Shown piece after piece: positions 32,901-43,187 of a DNA stretch of 64,000 nt. How positions within the stretch are numbered: the first letter of the stretch is position 1; each line of letters begins with the position of its first letter. This stretch comes from Prevotella sp. (lineage in GTDB: Bacteria > Bacillota_I > Bacilli_A > ML615J-28 > CAG-313), in the NCBI GenBank assembly GCA_023665755.1, contig JAMPDF010000004.1, positions 20,456-84,455 of the forward strand. Reading direction: 5' to 3'. Position numbers and translations under genes: made by a program. Under the pieces are notes generated by a model, which was not told the origin of the DNA, made no database searches, and worked only from the letters and a program-made list of their open reading frames with translations.

Positions 32901-34667
32901 TTATTCTTCAGCTAATAGTTTTTCTAATTCTTCTACAAGTACATCCATTCTTTCTACTACTGCCATATAAGCATCTTTTTTGGTAAAATCTACACCTGCT
33001 TCCTTCACTTGCTCAACTGGATATTTAGATCCTCCAGAACGAAGCAATTGAATATACCGATCGAATGCACCTGGTACATTATCTTTGACATCTTTGTAAA
33101 TTTTAAAACTTGCTGCAAAACTAGTTGCATATTGGTATACATAAAATGGTGTATAGAATAGATGTGGAATATATGCCCAAACGTATTGTTTTACACCTTC
33201 TTTAGTAATATCCATACCATAGTATTTTTTATACAAATCTATCATAATGCTAGATAACACTTCATAATTGATAGGTTTACCTTGCGCTACTTCTTGATTA
33301 GCCAAATACTCATATTCAGCAAATAAAGTTTGGCGATAGAAAGTACTCATAATTTCATCAATTGCTTTTTGAATTACCATAATTTTTTCTTCTTTAGATG
33401 CATTAGGTAAGGTTAAAAAGTAATCAAGCAATGCGTGTTCATTAAATGTAGAGGCAATCTCTGCTACGAAAATAGTATAATCTTGTAACATTGTTGGTTG
33501 TGTTTCTGCCGCATACATAGAATGAATAGAATGTCCTGCCTCATGTGCTACTGTAAATACACTATCTAAGGTCTTATCATAATTCAATAAAATGAATGGA
33601 TGCAAATTGGCAACACTTGAAGAATATGCCCCTGTTGCTTTGCCATCGCGTTCTTCTACATCAACAAAACCATCTTTTAATACTTCATGCGCTTTTTCTT
33701 GAAAATCAGCTGGAAAATTTTGAATAGATGTGAAGAAGAGATTCTTTGCCTCTTCATATGTATATTCTTTATTAGAATGAGCAAGTTCAAGAAAACGGTC
33801 ATATGTACAATATTTTTTTAAGCCCAGTGCTTTTTTACGTAATTTAATGTATTTTTTAACAGATTGATTATGCTTGCCGGCTACATTAATTAAATTCAAA
33901 AAAACAGATGTGTCAATATTATTATTATATAAATAACTTTCTAATACAGATGCATAGTTTCTTGCTTTAGCACTAGCTTTATTATCTTGTAATACATTAT
34001 TATAAATGCTAGCATAAGTATGCTTGTGTGCTTCGAATGTATTAAACACAGCTTCAAAAATCTTTTTACGATCACTTGCTTCTTTAGATTGAGCAATCAA
34101 TGCACGATAATTGCCTTGTGTAACTGTAACAACTTGCTTGTTTTTCAATTTGACTTCTACACTTTTTCCATCCCCCACAGCTAAAGCACTATAAAGTTCT
34201 CCTGCTGATGATGTTACTGGCGCATATAGCGAAAGTAATTTTTCACTTGCACTATCTAAAACATGCTTACTTCCCCTAAATAATTTTTCTAATGAAAAAC
34301 GAAACTCTTCAATTTCTTTATGTCGACTAAGCATCTCCATTACTTTTTCTTCACCAATTGATATCAATTCTGGTTCAACATAAGCAGTTGTCTCAGATAA
34401 TGTATAAAATGCCATTCTGCATCTATTGAGCGCTGCAGCATTTTCTACATCTTTTTTATTTAAATCACTTTTTAATGATGCATACTGATAAACGCGTGAA
34501 GCTTCTTCTTCAAATTTTTTCATCAATAAGCAATAAGCAACAAAAGAATCCTCTTCTCCAAGATGTCCTTGAAATGTTGCAAATTGATTAACCATTTGAT
34601 AGACACCCTGTAAGGCTTCCTCAAATGCTTCTTTGGTATTAAAATGATAAGTTAAATCCCATTGCAT
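32901..34667 (-). CDS. pepF: Oligoendopeptidase F (M3B family)
   Basis: HEAGHSIH zinc motif and PepF-length conservation across 588 aa. Confidence 0.85.
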   Translation of the reverse strand: MQWDLTYHFNTKEAFEEALQGVYQMVNQFATFQGHLGEEDSFVAYCLLMKKFEEEASRVYQYASLKSDLNKKDVENAAALNRCRMAFYTLSETTAYVEPELISIGEEKVMEMLSRHKEIEEFRFSLEKLFRGSKHVLDSASEKLLSLYAPVTSSAGELYSALAVGDGKSVEVKLKNKQVVTVTQGNYRALIAQSKEASDRKKIFEAVFNTFEAHKHTYASIYNNVLQDNKASAKARNYASVLESYLYNNNIDTSVFLNLINVAGKHNQSVKKYIKLRKKALGLKKYCTYDRFLELAHSNKEYTYEEAKNLFFTSIQNFPADFQEKAHEVLKDGFVDVEERDGKATGAYSSSVANLHPFILLNYDKTLDSVFTVAHEAGHSIHSMYAAETQPTMLQDYTIFVAEIASTFNEHALLDYFLTLPNASKEEKIMVIQKAIDEIMSTFYRQTLFAEYEYLANQEVAQGKPINYEVLSSIMIDLYKKYYGMDITKEGVKQYVWAYIPHLFYTPFYVYQYATSFAASFKIYKDVKDNVPGAFDRYIQLLRSGGSKYPVEQVKEAGVDFTKKDAYMAVVERMDVLVEELEKLLAEE

Positions 34668-34814
34668 ATATATTTTCTCCTTTTTTCTCTGTATTATTTT
34701 ACCACATTTTCAATATTTTAACATAGCAAATGGTAATAAAAATAAATATACAAGGAAGATAAATATATTTTTACTTACCCTATAAAAAAGAAAATAGGGC
34801 TTATGCCCTACTTT

Positions 34815-36875
34815 CTATTGAGGATTATATTTATCTCCATTATTGAAATAACCAAAAGTAAATGCCATACCTTGATAATACATACATAGATATTCACCTT
34901 GATATATTGCATTCGTTGGATCTACAATTTGTGAATTGGTAATATCAAATAAACCATTTGTTGTACCATATGCATATCCTGCAGTTGCTGTAGCTGCAGA
35001 AGTTTGGAATACAGGTGCACCTTGTCCACCTGCTTGTGCAAGCAAACCTGCAATATATGGATTATTTTCACCAAATTCAAATGCTTGGTAATTATCAAAT
35101 TGAAGTGATCCTTTGATAATGTCATTGGTTAATCCTTCAGCATCACCTGATTTATTGACACAGATTAAATTCATATATGTTAATGTATTATCTAAATTGC
35201 TCTTTAAGAATGAACGACCAAATGGTGTAAATAGCGCATTTAATCCTTTGATTTGTGGTACAAAAGCACTTGCTTTTACCACAGTAAACCAACCTTCACT
35301 ACCTGTTACATAAGATTCTAATGTAGAATTTTCAATAAATGTTTTAGCAGGATATCCACCATTAGCCGATTTTGGACTTACATGGTCTTGAATAATAACT
35401 GGACCACCAGCACCAATCATTTCAGAATCCTTAATAGTTACTTTGTCAGAACCCCAGTTATATACAAAGCAGTTGAAAGAATCATATGCACGACATTTTT
35501 CAATCAAATATGGTTGAGATGTACGATTAGGGAAATATGCAATAAATGAACAAGATGTAATATTGTTATAAGCAGTGAATGTACCTGCTTCTACCTTCAT
35601 GAAAATTTGACCACCTGATTTGATTACATTTTCAACGCGTGGTGCATTACCAATGATGTTCACGCCTTCAATTGAAGATGTAGCTGTTTCAGCGCCTCGT
35701 AATTTAATTAATGTAGCATGAGAAATCACTTCTCCTTCTGCAACAATTTTATTGTCACCACGAACTACTTCTTTAAAAGATTGTGTATCTAATGTAAAAT
35801 AGTTTCCATAGATATGTAGTTCTTCATCATCTACTAATTCTCTAATATAAAAATCCATCCAGTCTTTCATAGAACCAAGTGCTCTTTCATAGTCAGAATC
35901 AGATTTTGAAAGTTCATGTTCTTGATAGAAGAAATAGCTTGGTACATCTTTTGCGGTAAGAACAATATCATTTTGGAAAATAAATGCTTGTGGATGAAAG
36001 TCAAGTTGTAATCCATTTTCAGTCTTGAATGCATTCCATGCCTCTGCTTCATTACCACTTTTTCTATTTTCTAAATAAGCAAGTTCTTTTGATGTATAAA
36101 CGTTATATCCGTCTACTACATCAAATTCATACGTTACTGTATATTTTTCTTTATTTTCTAATTGCTTTTCAGTTAATCCTTTTGGTAATACAGAGATTTG
36201 GAATGATTGACCAATTGCTTCTTCTGAGAAGTCTACTGTGCAAGCAACATAATCTAATTGTTCTACATAACGATTCAAATTTGTTTCATCTAAAACAACA
36301 TAATCACCATTTTCTAAAATAGCAATTGTAATTTCATATTCCCAAGATTCTACTGTAGTTGGTGTTGTTTTTCCTGTTGCAAGTTCATATTTTACAAAAC
36401 TAACCTTAGGTTCTGCACGCCAAGGATTATCATCACCTACTAAGTAATTTTTTGTCAAATCCATAAATTCAATACGCTTATTGTCTTTTTCTTTTTTATT
36501 GGCTTGATATAGCACAATATTAGAAGGCAATTGTACATCATTGATTAGTATTTTATTTTGTGATGCATCTACTTCCCATCTTGCATATAAAGTAATACTT
36601 TCGTTTACTACTTCTTCAAATGTATATTCAGTTGCATATGTTTTTTCTAAATACCAACCTTTAAATTCATACCCTTCTCTTGTAGGGTCTTCTGGCTTTT
36701 CAACCTTTTGACCTTCTTCTACTTCAACTTCTTTAATGGTGGATCCACCCATTGTGTCAAATGTAACCTTATATGTCTTGGTTTCTATACATGAAGCCAT
36801 CAAAAGACCAAAGACTACAAAGATGCCTAATAAGAAAACTTTTTTTAAACTCTTCATATTTTTCTCCTTTTTCAT
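34815..36875 (-). CDS. Surface lipoprotein with one Listeria/Bacteroides-type repeat and a large uncharacterised (beta-helix-like) domain
   Basis: Lipobox LMASC. Repeat YKVTFDTMGGS...YEFKGWYLEK...LYARW. The remainder has no recognisable catalytic motif. Confidence 0.5.
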   Translation of the reverse strand: MKKEKNMKSLKKVFLLGIFVVFGLLMASCIETKTYKVTFDTMGGSTIKEVEVEEGQKVEKPEDPTREGYEFKGWYLEKTYATEYTFEEVVNESITLYARWEVDASQNKILINDVQLPSNIVLYQANKKEKDNKRIEFMDLTKNYLVGDDNPWRAEPKVSFVKYELATGKTTPTTVESWEYEITIAILENGDYVVLDETNLNRYVEQLDYVACTVDFSEEAIGQSFQISVLPKGLTEKQLENKEKYTVTYEFDVVDGYNVYTSKELAYLENRKSGNEAEAWNAFKTENGLQLDFHPQAFIFQNDIVLTAKDVPSYFFYQEHELSKSDSDYERALGSMKDWMDFYIRELVDDEELHIYGNYFTLDTQSFKEVVRGDNKIVAEGEVISHATLIKLRGAETATSSIEGVNIIGNAPRVENVIKSGGQIFMKVEAGTFTAYNNITSCSFIAYFPNRTSQPYLIEKCRAYDSFNCFVYNWGSDKVTIKDSEMIGAGGPVIIQDHVSPKSANGGYPAKTFIENSTLESYVTGSEGWFTVVKASAFVPQIKGLNALFTPFGRSFLKSNLDNTLTYMNLICVNKSGDAEGLTNDIIKGSLQFDNYQAFEFGENNPYIAGLLAQAGGQGAPVFQTSAATATAGYAYGTTNGLFDITNSQIVDPTNAIYQGEYLCMYYQGMAFTFGYFNNGDKYNPQ

Positions 36876-36932
36876 TTTTTACCACATTTTTTTAATCTAC
36901 ATTATTCTTTTTGTGGTGTAAAAGAATATGTT

Positions 36933-37388
36933 TTAAAACCAATCATTATCCATTGCATAGATTTCTATTTCTATGCTTTTTTTCTTGTTATCTGTCGCAC
37001 GAATAATAATGGTTGCGGTACCCTTTTCATGAAACTCAATGGTTGCGGTACCATCAGCATTTTCAGTAACACTGAATACTCTTGATTTTTCATCATATGC
37101 ATATTCCAATTTTTGATTGGTTGCATTATCTGGTTTCAATTGACATTTGATGACAACCTTTAAACCAGGTGTAAATTGTTCACTGATATACCCTTCAATC
37201 CCTTGATCGATTTTAGGCTTTTCATCAGGCTTTAATGGGTCATATTTTGTATATCCATCTGTAATGCATATAATTTCCTCAACATACTTTGTTTCATTAT
37301 ATACTCTCATTCTAAGCCCAATGAAACCAGGAACAACAATAGCAATAATAAATATCACACCTATTGTTAAAATAACTGATTTTTTCAT
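36933..37388 (-). CDS. Small membrane-anchored (signal-anchor) protein with an Ig-like extracellular domain, hypothetical
   Basis: N-terminal TM ILTIGVIFIIAIVVPGFIGL; in an operon with the ABC transporter genes. Confidence 0.45.
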   Translation of the reverse strand: MKKSVILTIGVIFIIAIVVPGFIGLRMRVYNETKYVEEIICITDGYTKYDPLKPDEKPKIDQGIEGYISEQFTPGLKVVIKCQLKPDNATNQKLEYAYDEKSRVFSVTENADGTATIEFHEKGTATIIIRATDNKKKSIEIEIYAMDNDWF

Positions 37389-37393
37389 AGCAA

Positions 37394-39067
37394 TTACCCC
37401 TGTATTTCATAATAATATGCTTTAATTTTTTTCAAAAACATATATAAACTAGAGCCAAAAATAACTAAACTAATCAATAATAACTTCACAAAACCAATCG
37501 TCAAATCATTATTATATAAACTAGCCTCTGATAATAGCTTATAGGCAACAACCGCATAAATAATAGAAATAATAAATGCAAGTCCTGTAGATTTATTTTC
37601 ATTTGGGTTATCAATGGAAACACCAGTTGTGGCATATTGCTCATTTTGAGGATGAATGATATCTAATGTAGCACTATATATCATGTGACCTATATGTAAA
37701 AATAAGATTGCAAAACCAAATAAGACAATATCACCTACATGAAACTGCACAGAATGACCAAAAATAGCTACAGTTGCAAATACGCTTGGTATAGAAAACA
37801 AGATATTAAAGAATAACTTAGCAAGTAGCGGATAAACCGCATCAATAGGCTTTGTTTTCTTCATATATCCGGCACGTCCTTCTCTACTATAATAAGTAGA
37901 AATCAGTGCATTAGAAGCCAAAAGCGGTAAACAAATCAATAATACATTAAATGTATAAATTAGCCAATTTCCTAGTTCTCTTGTATCCATAGCTTTATAA
38001 ATGGCGTTTAGTAGTAGAATTAAAATAGGTACAATAATATAAACCATTAAATAATTAATTGATATATCAATTGTTCTTAAATTAATCTTAAATTCTTTAT
38101 TGACAAAAGTCAAATAATGCCCATGCTTTTTATTTTTTCCATTTGTTTTATTGCTTTTGTTTAATTCAAAATTTTTAGCCATCATCACAAAGAATAATGG
38201 TCTAGACGCAAAATAAGATATAAAGAATAAAATAGCAGATACTCCAATTAAAATAGCAAATTTACCTATGGTAAAGAAATTGATACCAAAAGCGCCACCT
38301 TTTGACTGTTCACCAATCATAATTCGAATCAACTGATTCATTAGAAATAATTTTTGTTCTACAAGTAGTAAAAATTCACGAATACTATTTCGAATGGTTG
38401 GCCATTGGTTAATCAAATCAATATTTTCTGGGATAAGACCTATCAAGTATACTGCAAGCCAAATAAGTCCAGCAAGTACGAGTAGAAAAACAATAAACTC
38501 TATGATTGCGTTTTTCTTCAAAAATCTATAGATATATAATACCGGTATAGAGAAAATAGCACCAAGCAATACTGGAAGCGCTACAATCAACAATAATGGT
38601 ATCCACATCCAAATATATACCCAAAATGAACAATAACCCTGTGTAAATAATAACGTAATACAAGACAAGCTAATAGGTATTAATAAACTAAAACTTTTCT
38701 TTAATTCATATACATAAAATACAATAATCTTAGAAATAAAAATCTGATTGGCTCTAACGGGTAAAGTAATTAATACTCTATTATCTTCTGCAAAATATAA
38801 ATTTTTCATTAATTCTACTGTACAAGAGATAAAAGATAAGGCCAGTGATATAGTGAGTACAAGTACCATAATCCGTGGTGATTCATCATATAAAAAGATA
38901 CCAAATCGATTACACAATGATAAAATAATATATATAACTGCCGTAATAATAAGAAATTTAACCAAGGATAAAATGACTTTTCGTAAAGCTTCTTTCTTAT
39001 TTTTAATCCACCCTAAATCAATCTTATCCCGAAGTTGCATCACGACAAGTGTCTTCAAGTGATTCAT
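37394..39067 (-). CDS. Polytopic membrane protein, putative ABC-2-type permease partner
   Basis: At least 12 predicted TM helices over 557 aa; the start is adjacent (3 nt) to the stop of the ABC ATPase gene. Confidence 0.45.
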   Translation of the reverse strand: MNHLKTLVVMQLRDKIDLGWIKNKKEALRKVILSLVKFLIITAVIYIILSLCNRFGIFLYDESPRIMVLVLTISLALSFISCTVELMKNLYFAEDNRVLITLPVRANQIFISKIIVFYVYELKKSFSLLIPISLSCITLLFTQGYCSFWVYIWMWIPLLLIVALPVLLGAIFSIPVLYIYRFLKKNAIIEFIVFLLVLAGLIWLAVYLIGLIPENIDLINQWPTIRNSIREFLLLVEQKLFLMNQLIRIMIGEQSKGGAFGINFFTIGKFAILIGVSAILFFISYFASRPLFFVMMAKNFELNKSNKTNGKNKKHGHYLTFVNKEFKINLRTIDISINYLMVYIIVPILILLLNAIYKAMDTRELGNWLIYTFNVLLICLPLLASNALISTYYSREGRAGYMKKTKPIDAVYPLLAKLFFNILFSIPSVFATVAIFGHSVQFHVGDIVLFGFAILFLHIGHMIYSATLDIIHPQNEQYATTGVSIDNPNENKSTGLAFIISIIYAVVAYKLLSEASLYNNDLTIGFVKLLLISLVIFGSSLYMFLKKIKAYYYEIQG

Positions 39068-39070
39068 ATC

Positions 39071-41191
39071 TTATTCCTCATGACTTTCAATGGTATCTAA
39101 ATAAAATTGCTCAAGCGTAGTTCCTGATGATTCAATTTCTTCTAATGTTTTTATGCATTGAATCTGTCCTTTTTTGATGATAGCGATTCTTCCACAAAGC
39201 TTTTCTACAATGTCAATCAAATGAGAACTAAAGAAAACAATATTTCCTTCTGCGGCATGTTGTTTCATGCACTCTTTGACTTGATAAATACTTGTTGGAT
39301 CAAGACCTGTAAGAGGTTCATCTAAAATCCACACTTTTGGATTGTGAACAAGTGCAGACATAATCGTAATTTTTTGTTTCATTCCATGAGAATAAGTTTT
39401 AATTTTACTATCAATAGAACCTTGTAATTCAAATATTTGAATGTATTTTTCAATCCGAGTATTTCGATCTTCTTCTGATACATTATAAATATCGGCAATA
39501 TAATTTATATATTCTCTTCCAGTTAATTTTTCATATAATGCATAGTGGTCAGGTACATAACCAATATTAGATTTTGCATCTACTGGTGAAGTGGCTACAT
39601 CATAACCACAAATTTCAATAGCTCCTTCTGTAATCGGTTGTATACCTACTGTGCTTTTGATAATAGTTGATTTACCTGCTCCATTAGGTCCAAGAAAACC
39701 AAAAATTTCACCTGCATGAACCTCTAAATTGGCATCCTTTACTGCGTATACTTTACTAGTCGCATATTTTTTTGAAAAATGCTTTAACTCCATTTTTGCT
39801 TCAATTGATTCATTCATCTTATTCTCCTTTCCTATACCAGCACACAAGGCAGCATACTCATGTAATCGAATGGCTCTTAATTTCATATGTAATTCATAAT
39901 GACTATCTGCTATTCTAAAGAATTCACCATAAATGAACCACACCCCAAGTCCAAGCGCTACATAAACTAAGAAAAAAACAAGTTGATATAACGGATGAAA
40001 TTCAAGTTCTAATCCCGCTATATGAATAGTCGTACTTAAATTAAATATTTTTTCTGCCCATGTACCCAGTTTATCCGCAACATAATCGCTATTGATAAAG
40101 AAATAATCAACTGGATGTCCTTTTGCACTAAACACAACATTGAGTACCAACACTAAGAAAAAGTAACCAAAAAACCAAATCATTGACCATTTGAATTCCT
40201 TTAATGTAGGACGCTTGAATTGTTTTAATGCAACAAGTAAAATTGGCATAAAGAAAGCAATCCAGTGGTTGTACCAAAAATTGAAAATACGCATACTAAA
40301 CAAATTCACACTATCTGGATAGTTTGGCATAAGCATAGCAATCAATGCACCCATTACATTGATAAAATAAGTAAAATAAAATAAGCGCTTGCGTTTAAAG
40401 ATTAAGCAAATTGGAATAATGAACATTGCTGTATTGCAAAGATGAAATGGCCATGTCCAAGGTTCCAAAAAGTTTGTATAATTAAAATTAACTAAAAATC
40501 CAACCATTGTTGCTATACTAATAAATATTAAACTAAATCGAATTACTTCTTCTCGTTGATTACGTAGCGTAAAATATAACACAAAAGGCACAATAATACC
40601 AATGTATATTAATATACGATGTGCAAAACTAATATCCTTTACAACAATAGAAGCTTTTGCCTCACCCAACATAAACTGTGGTAAATAAGATGGTAAACAT
40701 GCGATAAGCAATAATACAAATATACCAAGCATTTGAAAAATATCTTGTGCTCGCGTTTTCATCCCTCTATCTATAATCAAATAATAGATACTTTCTATTA
40801 TACCGATGATTGCCTCTAGCATATATACAATACTCAATAAATGGATTCCTGTTTTACCACACAACAATTGCGAAATAGGTAAGGCTAGTACTAAATTGAG
40901 AATATGAATAGGTAAACAAGCAAATCTAGCTAAATTTTTAGCCGTCTTAAAATGAAAGAAAGGTCTCATTAATATAATTAAAATAGCCACAAAGTTAAAC
41001 CATATCGCAAGTAAGCAAATAATCGTTAACCCTTTATTTGCTAGTGGAGATGTATCTAACCCTACATACCCACCGATTGTTTGTTGATAGCAAAATAAAC
41101 GAAACGTAAATAATGCCATAAAAAAGAAAGGAATAATTCTTTCAAATATTAATTTCCGTGTTTTCATAGAAATCTCCTTTTTACTCCTCAA
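39071..41191 (-). CDS. ABC transporter ATP-binding protein fused to a large N-terminal polytopic membrane domain of unknown function
   Basis: The C-terminal 230 aa carry Walker A GPNGAGKST, the signature SHGMKQK, and Walker B ILDEP (DrrA/ABC-2-like). The N-terminal roughly 440 aa hold about 10 TM helices unrelated to canonical 6-TM exporter domains. Confidence 0.7.
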   Translation of the reverse strand: MRSKKEISMKTRKLIFERIIPFFFMALFTFRLFCYQQTIGGYVGLDTSPLANKGLTIICLLAIWFNFVAILIILMRPFFHFKTAKNLARFACLPIHILNLVLALPISQLLCGKTGIHLLSIVYMLEAIIGIIESIYYLIIDRGMKTRAQDIFQMLGIFVLLLIACLPSYLPQFMLGEAKASIVVKDISFAHRILIYIGIIVPFVLYFTLRNQREEVIRFSLIFISIATMVGFLVNFNYTNFLEPWTWPFHLCNTAMFIIPICLIFKRKRLFYFTYFINVMGALIAMLMPNYPDSVNLFSMRIFNFWYNHWIAFFMPILLVALKQFKRPTLKEFKWSMIWFFGYFFLVLVLNVVFSAKGHPVDYFFINSDYVADKLGTWAEKIFNLSTTIHIAGLELEFHPLYQLVFFLVYVALGLGVWFIYGEFFRIADSHYELHMKLRAIRLHEYAALCAGIGKENKMNESIEAKMELKHFSKKYATSKVYAVKDANLEVHAGEIFGFLGPNGAGKSTIIKSTVGIQPITEGAIEICGYDVATSPVDAKSNIGYVPDHYALYEKLTGREYINYIADIYNVSEEDRNTRIEKYIQIFELQGSIDSKIKTYSHGMKQKITIMSALVHNPKVWILDEPLTGLDPTSIYQVKECMKQHAAEGNIVFFSSHLIDIVEKLCGRIAIIKKGQIQCIKTLEEIESSGTTLEQFYLDTIESHEE

Positions 41192-41261
41192 TATTTTACA
41201 TCAATTTGACATAATTTGCAATACTCTTTCAACTAGGTGGCATAAATTGCTAGGTAAAAGG

Positions 41262-41300
41262 CATTAAAAAAGACTATTTATGAAATGAAATAGCCTTTAT
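41262..41300 (-). terminator. Rho-independent terminator downstream of the small membrane protein gene
   Basis: Minus-strand hairpin gcuauuucauuucauaaauaguc followed by U6. Confidence 0.55.
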
Positions 41301-41311
41301 TTTTGTTCATG

Positions 41312-41785
41312 TTATTGTTTTACTTTGTGAAAGAGTAAACTCAATAATACAATATTAATAGCGGATAATAGAATGGCACTCGCACACATTAGAATAATGA
41401 TAGTAGATTGATGTTGAATCAAAGATACAAGCATATATATAACAGCCACACAAAGTGTAACTATTTCCAATACAAATAATGCTATAGCTGACGTTTTAGG
41501 ATATATCTTTTTAAAGACCAAATTTTTAGACAATAATAAATATACTAATCCAATGATAAGTACGATACCAAAGGCAATCAAACTAAAAACACCTATTACT
41601 TTTGCACAACCTTCAGCAATTCCCGCCCCAATTTCTCCAACAGGCTGGTTTGGATCTGGAGTAACGGCTGAGCCAGTAATGAGTCCAATTCCACTAAATA
41701 ATAATACAATTGCACCTACTAATAATACTATACTTTTAATAAATAATAAAATACCTGATATTTTTTGTAATTGCTGTTTATCCAT
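41312..41785 (-). CDS. Small integral membrane protein (4 TM), hypothetical
   Basis: 157 aa with four hydrophobic helices; strong RBS AGGAGGA before ATG 41785. Confidence 0.55.
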   Translation of the reverse strand: MDKQQLQKISGILLFIKSIVLLVGAIVLLFSGIGLITGSAVTPDPNQPVGEIGAGIAEGCAKVIGVFSLIAFGIVLIIGLVYLLLSKNLVFKKIYPKTSAIALFVLEIVTLCVAVIYMLVSLIQHQSTIIILMCASAILLSAINIVLLSLLFHKVKQ

Positions 41786-42004
41786 ATTTATCCTCCTGAT
41801 AAATCGATTTTAAATGAAAACCCAGATGAGTCGTTATCACAGGATGCGCAACCGCATCTAGAATAAGGTGGTAAACTTGAGTCATATATCGGGATTCCTA
41901 CATCCAATAGGAGCAAGCTTTCGACACCAATATGACAATCGTTTCCTAAGTTGTTTTGTTCGGGCCGCTAAATAAAAAGTGAAAATGCGAGCTCTCCAGG
42001 CACC
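41786..42004 (-). promoter_or_regulatory. GC-rich structured 5' leader (riboswitch-like, class unassigned) transcribed from a consensus sigma-A promoter on the minus strand
   Basis: The promoter is TTGAAA (42036-42031), a 17-nt spacer, then TATAAT (42013-42008). The TSS falls at about 42001, where GC content jumps to roughly 45% versus about 30% background. The leader has a multi-helix fold (closing helix GGUG/CACC, 7-bp GUCAUAU/AUAUGAC, internal hairpins), and mutually exclusive hairpins GAUGCG..CGCAUC and AGAUG..CAUCU precede the RBS. Confidence 0.4.
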
Positions 42005-42167
42005 AATATTATATCATATCTATATTCCTTTTTCAACCATATGCTTATAATTTTATTTGAAAAAATGTACCAATTCTGCTAACTGAATTAAAAACATTGG
42101 GATGACCTATTTTTATTTTTTCCAAATTCAGATTTTTTATACCTATTTTTTCCTTTTCTTTATTTAC

Positions 42168-42196
42168 TTGCAAAAAAGGCGTTTTTTCAGTATAAT
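42168..42196 (+). promoter_or_regulatory. Sigma-A promoter of the ttcA-like gene (TTGCAA-17-TATAAT)
   Basis: Near-consensus hexamers with a 17-nt spacer, 28 nt upstream of the RBS/ATG at 42224. Confidence 0.6.
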
Positions 42197-42223
42197 AATA
42201 AAATCAAAGATGAGAGGAAAAGT

Positions 42224-43078
42224 ATGGAAAAATATCAACAAATTGAACATTCAATTATTACAAAATTTAGACCCACCATCTATCGATTATTTGTTCGTGC
42301 CATTGAAGAATATCAATTGATTCAAGATGGGGATAAAATTGCTGTATGCATATCAGGTGGTAAAGATTCTATGCTGCTTGCTAAGTGTATGGAGGAATTT
42401 CAAAAACATGGCCCGATTTCATTTGAAGTTATCTATATGTGTATGGATCCTGGTTATAGTCCAAAACATTTAAAACAGTTGTTAACTACCGCAAATCTAT
42501 TGCATATTCCCTTAGATATTTTTCAAACAGATATTTTTCATATTGTCCATGAAATGAAGGATTCACCTTGTTATATATGTGCAAGAATGCGAAGGGGACA
42601 CCTATATGCAAACGCCAAAAAAAGGGGATGCAATAAAATTGCTTTAGGTCATCATTTTGATGATGTAATTGAAACCGTATTGATGAGTATGATTTATGGA
42701 GCAGAATATAAAACAATGATGCCTAAAATCTTGAGTGAAAATTATCCTGGTTTAGAACTTATTCGACCACTCTATTTGGTTAAAGAAGAAAATATAAAAA
42801 AATGGGTTACCTACAATCAATTAGAGTTTTTGCAATGTGCTTGCCGTTTTACAGAAGAAAATCATATGTCAGCACAAGGTTCATCTAAACGTCAAGAAAT
42901 CAAAGCACTGATTCAACAACTTCGCGCCAATTATCCTAATAGTGATATCAATATTTTTAGAAGTTTCCATGATGTCAATCTCAATACTTTAATCGGATAT
43001 CATACAGATAAAATGACATACCATTTTTTAGACGACTATCAAGATCGAAAAGAAAAGCAAAAACAAAAAGAAGAGTAA
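42224..43078 (+). CDS. ttcA: PP-loop ATPase of the TtcA family (tRNA 2-thiocytidine synthetase-like)
   Basis: PP-loop CISGGKDS and the CYICARMRRG CxxC..RRG motif, as in TtcA. Confidence 0.65.
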   Translation: MEKYQQIEHSIITKFRPTIYRLFVRAIEEYQLIQDGDKIAVCISGGKDSMLLAKCMEEFQKHGPISFEVIYMCMDPGYSPKHLKQLLTTANLLHIPLDIFQTDIFHIVHEMKDSPCYICARMRRGHLYANAKKRGCNKIALGHHFDDVIETVLMSMIYGAEYKTMMPKILSENYPGLELIRPLYLVKEENIKKWVTYNQLEFLQCACRFTEENHMSAQGSSKRQEIKALIQQLRANYPNSDINIFRSFHDVNLNTLIGYHTDKMTYHFLDDYQDRKEKQKQKEE

Positions 43079-43187
43079 CTTATTCTATTTAATGTATGCG
43101 TTTTCATTTTATTATTATTTTAGTTGAAAATTTTCTTATCTTTTAGTATAATGAAAAAAGTATGAATTGACTATATGAGGTGACATT

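Noticed and set aside
41821-42004. Assignment of the GC-rich leader to the glycine, guanidine-I (ykkC) or T-box classes
   Set aside because: Only short fragments (GGAGAG, CCGAA, AAUAAGGUGGUA) resemble those consensus sequences, and the remaining conserved blocks are absent. The downstream gene is not a glycine-cleavage, SMR-type or aminoacyl-tRNA-related gene.
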